Assembly (NCBI GenBank): GCA_047285805.1
Contig: JBJBCN010000002.1
Location: 1,024,001-1,088,000, forward strand
Origin: Synechococcus sp.
GTDB taxonomy: Bacteria > Cyanobacteriota > Cyanobacteriia > PCC-6307 > Cyanobiaceae
DNA: 64,000 nucleotides
Direction: 5' to 3'
Shown here: in pieces, positions 25,102 through 36,889 of the stretch
Numbering within the stretch: the first letter of the stretch is position 1
Layout: every line of letters starts with the position of its first letter
Translations under genes and position numbers: made by a program
The notes under the pieces: model-generated
What the model was told of the DNA's origin: nothing
The model's database searches: none
Seen by the model: the letters and a program-made list of their open reading frames with translations, nothing else

Positions 25102-25174
25102 TGGAGGTTAGCGGACTCGAACCGCTGACATCCTGCTTGCAAAGCAGGCGCTCTACCAACTGAGCTAAACCCCC
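25102..25174 (-). tRNA. tRNA-Ala(TGC)
   Basis: GGGGGTTTAGCTCAGTTGGTAGAGCGCCTGCTTTGCAAGCAGG...CCTCCA; CCA not encoded. Confidence 0.98.
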
Positions 25175-25200
25175 AAATGATCCAAAACTGGATTTTGGAA

Positions 25201-25274
<74 letters not shown>

Positions 25275-25450
25275 AGGAAGTGAACCCTCTATGGGGTGAC
25301 CTAGACAACGTTTAGGAACTAAAAATCAATGAATCAGCAGAGCGAGCTCTCTGACTACTGAAGTTGAGGTACCGATCGACCTAAGGTGACAGGATTTCGG
25401 CCTAAGAATAAAAGTACTCAAGCATCAAAATCGTTGTTTGTCTCCCTGTT

Positions 25451-26930
<1,480 letters not shown>

Positions 26931-27294
26931 TGTAGATCAAATCCTATTGACTGCTTACGCAATCTCAATCTGATTTGCTTCACCCACAACTCGCACTGGC
27001 GCACGGTTGCAGTTGATGCCACTTCCTCTGACAGAAGCGTTCAAAGAGTGCAAAACAAAATCTCTTTCGTTCAGACTTTCCAGGATCTCAGATCCGGTCG
27101 TTGCTCCACTCGCTGCACACCGACACAACCATCAACCGTGAGAGTCGACAATCATGCAAGCAACAAGCTTCCACAACTAAAAAACTTTTGACGGGACCTC
27201 ACACCCTCACTGCATCTTCGTTAACCACAAAACCTTCACCTCTCGGCTCTGGCGGTGACTAACGCAGTGAAAGCGTCAGTTCCTAAACGTTCAG

Positions 27295-27306
27295 TTGTCC
27301 AGGTGC
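27295..27306 (-). promoter_or_regulatory. rrn leader boxA-like element / 5' arm of the 16S processing stalk
   Basis: Minus GCACCTGGACAA followed by AACGTTTAGGAACT, complementary to the ITS segment near 25299-25321. Confidence 0.65.
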
Positions 27307-27384
27307 TCCGATCGCCACACGCTTCTCAGCTCGACCCTCTCAGGTCTTTCGGGCTCTCGGTCCGCGGCCTCGCGACCGCTTGTT

Positions 27385-27481
27385 GAACTTACATCACCGA
27401 GTTCCCTCGGCTTTCAGTTCACTAGCGGCATCGCTGCCGCCGATCGAACCTACACCACCAAGTTTCCTCGGCTTCCAGTTC
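27385..27481 (-). repeat. two 36-bp imperfect direct repeats in the rrn leader
   Basis: 27385-27420 and 27446-27481 match at 31 of 36 positions by manual alignment. Confidence 0.85.
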
Positions 27482-27518
27482 GCTGCTCACTCACCTCGCG
27501 GTTTGCTCGCAGCACATA

Positions 27519-27527
27519 ATCATAACA
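27519..27527 (-). promoter_or_regulatory. candidate extended -10 promoter of the rrn operon
   Basis: Minus TGTTATGAT (TGn-TATGAT) between the upstream stop codon and the leader; no clear -35. Confidence 0.55.
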
Positions 27528-27562
27528 GAGACGCTGTCGCCTCCTCTACCGATCGGCGTTGT

Positions 27563-27871
27563 TCAGAGGTCCTCGCCGGACTCCGAATCGGAGAGGAAGG
27601 TCTCCAAGGTCGTCAGCAGGAGGGCCAAGGCTGAATGACGATCAAGATCCGTACCACTGACATAGTCCAGCCACTGCCCTGAGAGCTGCTCGATCTGGGA
27701 GAACAGGGCCTGTCCCTCCCGCAGCCGCTCCATCACCCGATCGACGTTCGCCTCATCGGTTTCCGGTAGGGGACCCACGACGTAACGGCGTCCGTCGTCC
27801 CCCACATAGGTGAGGTTGCCGTCCGCATCAAAGATCGGAACCGCATGGGGTGTGATCGGTCTGTCGTCCAC
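27563..27871 (-). CDS. hypothetical protein, about 102 aa, acidic
   Basis: Protein-like part (PIFDADGNLTYVGDDGRRYVVG...) of the 27563-28222 ORF; GTG at 27871; the upstream part is antisense to the AEC pseudogene. Confidence 0.6.
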   Translation of the reverse strand: MDDRPITPHAVPIFDADGNLTYVGDDGRRYVVGPLPETDEANVDRVMERLREGQALFSQIEQLSGQWLDYVSGTDLDRHSALALLLTTLETFLSDSESGEDL

Positions 27872-27942
27872 AGCTCCCCCACCAACTGCTAACCCCTGGT
27901 TAGCTCTGCCCAGGGCCTGCGGCAACCTGCCAGGCTGCGGCC

Positions 27943-29849
<1,907 letters not shown>

Positions 29850-29881
29850 CTACGAAAAGACAGCAGACCTAAATCAAATGA

Positions 29882-30424
29882 TCAGCCCTCCTTGGGCCCC
29901 GCTTCGAATTGATCTGTCAGCAAACGCCGCTGGTACTCCGCCGTAAGGGCGTTGAGGTGGTCTGCCGCTGCCGCCTCCATCTCCTCATCGATCTGATCGA
30001 AAGCCGTCCCTTCAGGGACAGTGATCCCGAGCACAAGGGCCAACGCGTCGAACAAACGCACCTGGTCGTTCTGCCAGGCCTGATAGTCACCGGCGACCTC
30101 GATCAAGGCGTCCTGCTCGACCGTTCCGCGATCCACCTCCGTGCGGATCGTCTGAATCTGGGCCAGCCGCGCTGAGCTGACCACCGCGTGGGCAGCACCC
30201 AGGGCCGCCAAGGCATCGCTGGCCTCACGCTTCAGGACGCTCAGGTCCCGGTTGCGCACGGCCTTATCAATGGTCATGGGGGAACGCAGGCCCGGCATCT
30301 GACTGACCGCTGAGCGCTTCTGGGGCGTCGGGGCTGGACGAATCGCTGCGGTCGGGGGTTTCAAGGCCTGCCCCCAACGAATCAGGGCATTCCCCAGGCG
30401 CCTTCTCCAACCCCGTTTTGCCAT
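29882..30424 (-). CDS. hypothetical protein, 180 aa
   Basis: ATG start, uninterrupted frame, basic N-terminus and helical acidic body; no motif recognised. Confidence 0.7.
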   Translation of the reverse strand: MAKRGWRRRLGNALIRWGQALKPPTAAIRPAPTPQKRSAVSQMPGLRSPMTIDKAVRNRDLSVLKREASDALAALGAAHAVVSSARLAQIQTIRTEVDRGTVEQDALIEVAGDYQAWQNDQVRLFDALALVLGITVPEGTAFDQIDEEMEAAAADHLNALTAEYQRRLLTDQFEAGPKEG

Positions 30425-30475
30425 TCACTGCCAACTCGACCTGCATCCAATCTGACGGGACAGGGGCGAAATGGG

Positions 30476-30491
30476 TAGCGGGAAACCGAAT
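30476..30491 (-). promoter_or_regulatory. K-box-like site upstream of the hypothetical gene and gap1
   Basis: Minus ATTCGG-TTTC-CCGCTA, with -10-like CAGATT 21 nt downstream. Confidence 0.45.
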
Positions 30492-30496
30492 GGGTC

Positions 30497-31316
30497 CTAG
30501 GGGATCTGCTCGAGTTGCAGGGAGCTGTGCTCCTCCCCAAGCCGCAGCAGATCGGCGGCCGGGACGTCCTGCACCTGGAAATGGGCCGTCAGGGCAACCC
30601 AGCGTCCACCCAACCCCAAGACATGCAATTCGCTGACCGCCATCACTCCAGAAAACCCGCGTAGGGCCGCCTCGATCACCTGCAGGTCCTGGCCCTCTGG
30701 CACCGCATCCAGGCTGGCCGCCAAGGCTTGCTTGGGGAGTCCTTAGGCACTGACCACGACGGCCGCACCGACCTCGATGGCCGTGATCGCACCAGCTCGG
30801 TTCGGCCAGTCAGCGCCACCAAGATCGCGCTAGGCAATACCGCCGCGGAGACCGCCGCATCACTCAGCAGATGCAGCACCGCCGCCCGGCGATTGAGATC
30901 CAGGCGAGATTCCGCGCCAAAGAGTCGAGCCGAGAGCAGGTTGATTGCAATACCCGTGGCGGCTACCACCGCAACGGGACCGGCCACCAGGGGTTAAGGC
31001 TGCTGCAGGCGGTCGAGTCCCACCACCAGCCCCGCACCAAAGACCAGCAAGCGATTGATCAAGGCCGCCAGGTGGGTGCTACGTCCATAGCCATAGCTGA
31101 AGCGACCCCGGGCAGGGCGCAGGCTCAGCCGCTCGGCGCCCCAAATCAGGAGAAAACCCACCACATCCCCCAGGTGGTGGGTCGCATCGCCGATCAGGGC
31201 CAGCGAGCCAAAGCCAGAGCAAATCGCATGCTGGGCCCGGCCAGTAGGGCCTTGAGCAGAACACTCCAGCGAAACGCTGCGGCTGCGTCGCCGTGATGGT
31301 GGTGACGCGCTCCCAT
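30497..31316 (-). pseudogene. cation diffusion facilitator (CzcD/ZitB-like), disrupted
   Basis: ATG 31316 MGARHHHHG..AFRWSVLL; SLALIGDATH.LGDV; RFSYGYGR; DLNRRAAVLHLLSDA; LDAVP..SELHV..ALTAH; spread over several frames with a TAA at 30994. Confidence 0.85.
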
Positions 31317-31367
31317 CGATCAGCGGCAACCACAGCGCTTTTAAAGTATTTTTCTGGACTCGAGGCC

Positions 31368-32480
31368 ATGGCCGCATCCTCCCTACAGCAACACGCCATC
31401 GCCCCAGCTACGGTCCTGCGGGGCGAAGTAGCATGGGCTCAAGCCCTTCCCCTGATCGCTGACATAAGTCAAGCGCCGCTGCTGCTTGGCCGCAGCGCTG
31501 TCACCCAAGCCCTACGCGAAGGGCTGAAGACCGATCTGGAAGAGCACGGTCTGACGGTAACTAGCGCGGAACTGGAGTTCGACTGCTGCGAAACCGACCT
31601 CAGGCGCCTCGCCGAACTGAGCCAAGCAAACGGCTGCGATGGGGTGCTGGCCTGCGGCGGCGGAAAGGTGCTCGATGCTGGCAAGTTGCTGGCCCACCGC
31701 CTCGGCCTCCCCTGCATCACCGTCCCCAGCAGCGCGGCCACCTGCGCGGGTTGGACGGCCCTGGCCAACCTCTACAGCCCAAAAGGTGCGTTCGAGGGAG
31801 ATGTCGCCCTCGATCACTGCCCCGAGCTGCTGGTCTTTGACCACGCCCTGGTGGCCTCGGCCCCCAAGCGCACCCTGTCCAGCGGCATCGCCGATGCCAT
31901 GGCCAAGTGGTATGAGGCCTCCGTCAGCAGCGGCTCAAGCAGCGATGGCCTTGTGCAACAGGCAGTGCAGCAGGCCCGAGTCCTGCGGGATCAACTCCTG
32001 CTTGAAGCCGAGCAGGCCCTGACTGAGGTGGGGGGAGAAGCCTGGGTTCGCGTCGCGGAAGCCAGCGGGCTCACCGCTGGCCTGATCGGCGGTATTGGTG
32101 GCGCCCGCTGCCGCACCGTGGCCGCCCACGCCGTGCACAACGGGCTGACCCAGCTGGAGGCCAGCCACGGCCAACTCCATGGCGAGAAGGTGGGCTTTGG
32201 AATCCTGGTGCAGCTGCGCTTGGAGGAAAGCGTCGGCGGCAACCAACTGGCAGCCCAAGCCCGGCGCCAACTGTTGCCCTTCTTCCAGCGCCTGAATCTT
32301 CCGGTCAGCCTGGCGGACCTGGGGCTGGCCCAGGCCAGCCTGGCAGAGCTGCAAGCGGTGGCGGAATTTGCCTGCCGCCCAGGATCGGATCTGCATCACC
32401 TTCCCTTCGCCGTCGGCCCTGCCGATGTGCTCGCGGCCCTCGTCAGCACCACCGCGGCCCTGAGCACTGTTGATGCCTGA
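31368..32480 (+). CDS. iron-containing alcohol / glycerol dehydrogenase family protein
   Basis: GGGKVLDAGK, VPSSAATCA, SGIADAMAKWYE, AAHAVHNGL, HGEKVGFG. Confidence 0.9.
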   Translation: MAASSLQQHAIAPATVLRGEVAWAQALPLIADISQAPLLLGRSAVTQALREGLKTDLEEHGLTVTSAELEFDCCETDLRRLAELSQANGCDGVLACGGGKVLDAGKLLAHRLGLPCITVPSSAATCAGWTALANLYSPKGAFEGDVALDHCPELLVFDHALVASAPKRTLSSGIADAMAKWYEASVSSGSSSDGLVQQAVQQARVLRDQLLLEAEQALTEVGGEAWVRVAEASGLTAGLIGGIGGARCRTVAAHAVHNGLTQLEASHGQLHGEKVGFGILVQLRLEESVGGNQLAAQARRQLLPFFQRLNLPVSLADLGLAQASLAELQAVAEFACRPGSDLHHLPFAVGPADVLAALVSTTAALSTVDA

Positions 32481-33357
32481 GGCCCTTGATCAGCGGCAGC
32501 TGCTTGAGCAGGCCGCCAAAAACCTGCTGGATCCTCAAGGACAAGCCATTGCCCAAGCGGTGCAGTGGTGGGACCTTCCGAGTGCCTGCAGCCAAACCAG
32601 CGAGCCCTGGCCTGTGGCGGTCCTTGGCTCCGGCCCTCCGTTGTTGCTCTTGCATGGCTTTGACAGCTCCCACCAGGAGTTCCGGCGGCTGAGCCCCCTG
32701 CTTGCGGCCCACGCAGAACTGTTCATCCCCGATCTCTACGGCTTTGGCTTCTGCCCACGGCCCCAGGGCGGTGACTACAGCCCTGCGGGCGTGATGCGCC
32801 ACCTAGAGGCCGTGCTGGATGCGTTGCTGGAGCGCAGCGGTGCCGCGCGCGTCGGCCTGATTGGGGCGTCGATGGGGGGATCGGTGGCCGTGGAACTGGC
32901 ACGCCGGCGCCCCGAGCACATTGAGCGCCTTCTGCTACTGGCCCCCGCTGGCCTCACCGGGAAACCGATGCCGGTGCCGCCGCTCTTGAATCAAGTGGGT
33001 GCACGCTTTTTGGCACTTCCAGCGATTCGCCGAGGGCTGTGCCGCAGTGCCTTTGCCCAACCCGACCGCGATGTCGGTCCAGCGGAGCTGGAGATCGCCT
33101 CGATCCACCTGCGCTGCCCCAACTGGGCGCCGGCCTTGGCGGCCTTTGCCGGTAGTGGCGGTTTTGGGGGCTGCGGGCTGCCACTGCCCAGGCAGCCGCT
33201 CGAGGTGCTCTGGGGGGCCAATGACCGGATCCTTAAGGGCAAACCTAAAGCCGAGGCGGCATTTCTGTTAGGAGAGCGGATCACAGAGCTCAGCGATTGC
33301 GGGCACCTGCCCCACATCGATCAGCCCGGCGCCGTGGTGCGCACCTGGCATGGCTGA
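32470..33357 (+). CDS. alpha/beta hydrolase
   Basis: LLHGFDS, PDLYGFG, GASMGG nucleophile elbow, WGAND, CGHLPH. Confidence 0.9.
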   Translation: MMPEALDQRQLLEQAAKNLLDPQGQAIAQAVQWWDLPSACSQTSEPWPVAVLGSGPPLLLLHGFDSSHQEFRRLSPLLAAHAELFIPDLYGFGFCPRPQGGDYSPAGVMRHLEAVLDALLERSGAARVGLIGASMGGSVAVELARRRPEHIERLLLLAPAGLTGKPMPVPPLLNQVGARFLALPAIRRGLCRSAFAQPDRDVGPAELEIASIHLRCPNWAPALAAFAGSGGFGGCGLPLPRQPLEVLWGANDRILKGKPKAEAAFLLGERITELSDCGHLPHIDQPGAVVRTWHG

Positions 33358-33949
33358 TCCCGTTCTGCAACTGCTGGCAAGTGGACTGCAGTTCTGGATT
33401 CGCCAGCAATGTGAATCCGTCGAGCAGCTGGAGTTGCAACTACACGGCTCGACCCTGGCCTTACTGCGGGGCCGGCTGGAGGGAGTGAGTCTGGTGGCCC
33501 GCAAGGCGGTCTTCAGTGCCCTGGAGATCGAGCGAGTGGAGCTGCGCAGCGGAGCGATCAGCGTCCAGATAGGCAAGCTGATGAAGGGCCAGTCCCTACA
33601 ACTCGAGCAACCCTTTCCGGTGCAGGGGAGCGCGGAATTCAGTGGTCCAGGACTCAGCCGCTCCTTCAGCGGCGCCCACTGGCGCGGGCTAGGGGACCAG
33701 ATCAGCGAGGCGCTGCTGGGGCTGACGCCGCTGCAGGAGTTGACGATCGAGAACGAGCAGCTGCTGGTGCGAGCCCAGGGCCGAGAGATGGCCACCCAGC
33801 CCCTCGCCGAGTCGGGTTGTGTGATGCTGCAGCAGTGCGGCGGTCCCAAGCGTTTCGCCCTGCCGGGGGACCCCAACATCACGATCGAGCGAGCGGAGTT
33901 GCAATCCGGGCGGCTGCTGGTGAGCGGCACCGCGATGGTGCAGCCCTAG
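33350..33949 (+). CDS. DUF2993 (LmeA-like) protein
   Basis: LQFWIRQQCESVEQLELQL.GS...GRLEGVSL.A pattern; overlaps the upstream gene. Confidence 0.7.
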   Translation: MADPVLQLLASGLQFWIRQQCESVEQLELQLHGSTLALLRGRLEGVSLVARKAVFSALEIERVELRSGAISVQIGKLMKGQSLQLEQPFPVQGSAEFSGPGLSRSFSGAHWRGLGDQISEALLGLTPLQELTIENEQLLVRAQGREMATQPLAESGCVMLQQCGGPKRFALPGDPNITIERAELQSGRLLVSGTAMVQP

Positions 33950-34833
33950 GCCAGGAAGGTCACCACGGTGAAAAACACCGCGGGGATGAAGAGATAGCTA
34001 TCTATGCGATCGAGGATGCCGCCATGGCCAGGCAAGAAATCGCCCGAATCCTTCACCCCGGCATCGCGCTTCATCATCGATTCGGTCAGATCCCCCACCA
34101 GGGCAAAGACCGTGACCATCACCCCAAGCAGGGCGCCGATGGCCCAGCCCCAGCTCCAGCCCAGCAGTAGCCCAAAGAGAGCACCCAGCAGCATCGAGCA
34201 GACCAGCCCCCCCAGGGCTCCCTCGACGGTTTTTCCAGGGGAGGTTGGCGAGAGGGGCGTGCGGCCGTAGCGGCGGCCAATCATGTAGCTGCCGATGTCG
34301 GTTGCCACGATCTGGAGACAAGCCATCAACATTAAGACCATCCCCGAAGTCAGCGGCCAAGGCCAATGCTGCAGGTTGGGGGCCAAGAGCGGATCCGTTA
34401 GATCCCGCAACCGAATCCAGTAGCTCGGCAGATAGCCCAAATAAAAGAGGGCAAAGATCGAGGAGGCGATGTCCGCGATCGTCCCGGTGACGGGCTGGAG
34501 CAGCAGCCAACCACAGATGATCGCGCCAGCCACTGGTAGGACGGCGGCCGAGAGTTCCGCGGCAAAGCCGACACCCGCCACATCACCGCCGTGGGCCCAC
34601 TGGGTGGTGATCAACAGCAACTGGACCAGCACCAAGGTGGTCTTGCTGGCCGGGCGAATCCCCTTAGCGCGGGCGAGGTCGAAGTACTCGAGCAGCCCCA
34701 GGTGAACCATCACCCCGAGGGCGATCGTGAACCACCAGCCCCCCAAACCCACCACCAGCAGCCCAAAGGCACCGGCGGCGTAGCCGCTCAGCAGGCGCTG
34801 AGGGGAGGTTCGGGTGCGCGGGGGGGGAATCAA
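33946..34833 (-). CDS. cdsA: phosphatidate cytidylyltransferase
   Basis: Multi-TM; SPGKTVEG, GDLTESMMKRDAGVKDSG..PGHGGILDRIDS. Confidence 0.95.
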   Translation of the reverse strand: MIPPPRTRTSPQRLLSGYAAGAFGLLVVGLGGWWFTIALGVMVHLGLLEYFDLARAKGIRPASKTTLVLVQLLLITTQWAHGGDVAGVGFAAELSAAVLPVAGAIICGWLLLQPVTGTIADIASSIFALFYLGYLPSYWIRLRDLTDPLLAPNLQHWPWPLTSGMVLMLMACLQIVATDIGSYMIGRRYGRTPLSPTSPGKTVEGALGGLVCSMLLGALFGLLLGWSWGWAIGALLGVMVTVFALVGDLTESMMKRDAGVKDSGDFLPGHGGILDRIDSYLFIPAVFFTVVTFLA

Positions 34834-35456
34834 GGGCGTTCTGCCGCAATCAAGAACAGCGGTTCTGCGGCCGCCAAACGGGCCTGGCTGCCGCGGCGCT
34901 GCATCCGGTGAACCGTGGCTTGCACCACCTGCAGATCAACCGCGGCCAGTTGTCCCAAGGTATCGGTGGCGTCCACCAACCCCTCTAGGTTGGCAGTGCT
35001 GATCACCAGACGGCCGGCTGGCACCAGGGCATCCCATACCTGGTGGAGGACATCCCGCAGCGGACGCCCAACCTCCAGCAGGACCCGATCGGGGCGCGGC
35101 GGCAACTGGGCCAACCCCTCGGGGGCTTCTCCCTGGTGGATGTGGAGGTTCTCGATACCAAAGCGGCGGCGGTTGCGCTCCAGCAGCTCAATGCCGTCGG
35201 GATCCCGCTCCAGGGTGTGCACCGCTCCAGCGGGCATCAGCCTGGCGATCTCCAGGGCCAGGGCACCGGTGCCGCCACCTACATCCCAGACCATGGAATC
35301 GCTCTTTGGCCGCAGGTGCGAGAGCAGCATTACCCGCTGCTCCATCGGCGTGGGGCTAAAGCCGGGGGCATCGGCAAAGGCCGTATCTGGCAGCCCCGGG
35401 GTGACGAAGTCCCATTGGAAGGAACCGTGGCCTGCCGCGGGCATGCTCCGCCTCAC
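34830..35456 (-). CDS. cbiT: precorrin-6Y C15-methyltransferase (decarboxylating)
   Basis: TPGLPD..F, VWDVGGGTG SAM motif, GEAP, PAGRLVI; start GTG 35456 or ATG 35444. Confidence 0.85.
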   Translation of the reverse strand: MRRSMPAAGHGSFQWDFVTPGLPDTAFADAPGFSPTPMEQRVMLLSHLRPKSDSMVWDVGGGTGALALEIARLMPAGAVHTLERDPDGIELLERNRRRFGIENLHIHQGEAPEGLAQLPPRPDRVLLEVGRPLRDVLHQVWDALVPAGRLVISTANLEGLVDATDTLGQLAAVDLQVVQATVHRMQRRGSQARLAAAEPLFLIAAERP

Positions 35457-36850
35457 GCGATCACCACCATTACCGTATCAGCGATCTGATGGGGCCAAAG
35501 CCTGCGCTGCTCCTGCAACCAGTCAGCCCGGGGCCCATCGATGCGCTCGCCGGGAATCAAGAGGGGAATCCCCGGGGGGTAGGGGCAGAGCGGTTTCGCG
35601 GCCAGGCACCCGGCGGCCTGATCGAGGGGAACAGCCTCACTCTTGGCCCGCCAGGCCTCGCCGAGGGGCAGCTCCGGGCTGGCCACCAGAGGCACAGGCG
35701 GCCGGCTGAAGGACCACGAGCCAGCACCACCCAGCTCTTGCCGCAGCTGCTCGAGCACCGCCGGCAAAAGGCGCAACAGCCGGCGCGGCGGCTGAAGGCC
35801 CAAACAGAAGGTCAGGCAGCCCGGTTCAGGCAGCTCGGCGATCACCCCCCGCTCCATCAACCACTCGTCCGCCTCCAGGCCGTTGATCCCGTCGACCGCG
35901 CAGATCCAGCTCAGGCGCAACGGATCCTGGTTCTCCAACAGCTGAACACCATCAGCCCCCAGGCGCTGACGCAGCCTCTCGCCACGACTCAGGGCCCGGC
36001 CTACTTGCCGGCACCCCTTGGCGCTGTGGAGATGCTGCAGCGCCGCTTCCGCGGATGCCAGCAGCAGAGCACTTGGGCTGGAGGTCTGCAGCCAAAGCAG
36101 CGCCCGCTCGATCCGCGCTGGATCGACGCCGCTGCCGCTGCCCTGGAGCAGAACAGCGCTCTGGGCCAAGCCGCCGGCGGCCTTTTGCAGGGACTGCACC
36201 ACCAGATCGGCTCCGACGCTCAGGCCCGAGGGCGGCAGGCGCGGATCCAGCCCCAGATGTGCTCCGTGGGCTTCATCGAGCAGCACCGGCAATCCCTGCC
36301 GCTGGGGCACCGCCACCAGCGCCGCGAGATCACCGACACAGCCCTGGTAGCTCGGCGACACCAAGACCACCGCCGCCAGGGGCCCCTGGGCCAGGGCGGC
36401 GCGCAGGACCGCGTCCAAGTGCTCCGGACTGGGCGGCAACCAGAGCCCCGAGGCCGGATCAAAGGGCAGATCAAAGAGCACGGGCTCGAGCTGCCCGAGC
36501 AAGCAGCCGTGCAGCAGGGAGCGGTGCAGGTTGCGCGGCAGCAGCACCCGCTCACCGGGCTTAGCCAAGGCCAGCAAACCGGCCTGGAGCAGACCACTGG
36601 CGCCATTGACGCCGTACCAGCAGCGCCGGGCCCCGAGCAGCTGTGCGATGGCCGCTTGGCTCTCCGCCACGGCCCCCTCGGATTGCAGCGGCCCCCCGAT
36701 CTCGGGAAGCTCCGGCAGATCCCAACTCCCTGGGGTTTGGCGCAGCACTTGCACGAGAGCCGGCGCCAGGGCGCGGCCGCGGCCGTGGGCGGGGAGATGC
36801 AGCGGCAGACGCGGCCGGCGCCCCTGAAGCAACTGCTTGAGCAACACCAT
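35453..36850 (-). CDS. Orn/Lys/Arg decarboxylase family PLP enzyme
   Basis: LHLPAH, DLPELP, VNGAS, PRNLHRS, DEAHGAH, QSLQK, TSSPS, PYPPGIP; ATG 36850. Confidence 0.9.
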   Translation of the reverse strand: MVLLKQLLQGRRPRLPLHLPAHGRGRALAPALVQVLRQTPGSWDLPELPEIGGPLQSEGAVAESQAAIAQLLGARRCWYGVNGASGLLQAGLLALAKPGERVLLPRNLHRSLLHGCLLGQLEPVLFDLPFDPASGLWLPPSPEHLDAVLRAALAQGPLAAVVLVSPSYQGCVGDLAALVAVPQRQGLPVLLDEAHGAHLGLDPRLPPSGLSVGADLVVQSLQKAAGGLAQSAVLLQGSGSGVDPARIERALLWLQTSSPSALLLASAEAALQHLHSAKGCRQVGRALSRGERLRQRLGADGVQLLENQDPLRLSWICAVDGINGLEADEWLMERGVIAELPEPGCLTFCLGLQPPRRLLRLLPAVLEQLRQELGGAGSWSFSRPPVPLVASPELPLGEAWRAKSEAVPLDQAAGCLAAKPLCPYPPGIPLLIPGERIDGPRADWLQEQRRLWPHQIADTVMVVIA

Positions 36851-36889
36851 TCCTAGAGTTTGCAACCCGCTGCCTCTCCCCCCGGTTCC

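Noticed and set aside
27385..27481. 36-bp repeat pair as a mini CRISPR array
   Set aside because: Only two imperfect copies, inside the rrn leader, with no cas genes in the window
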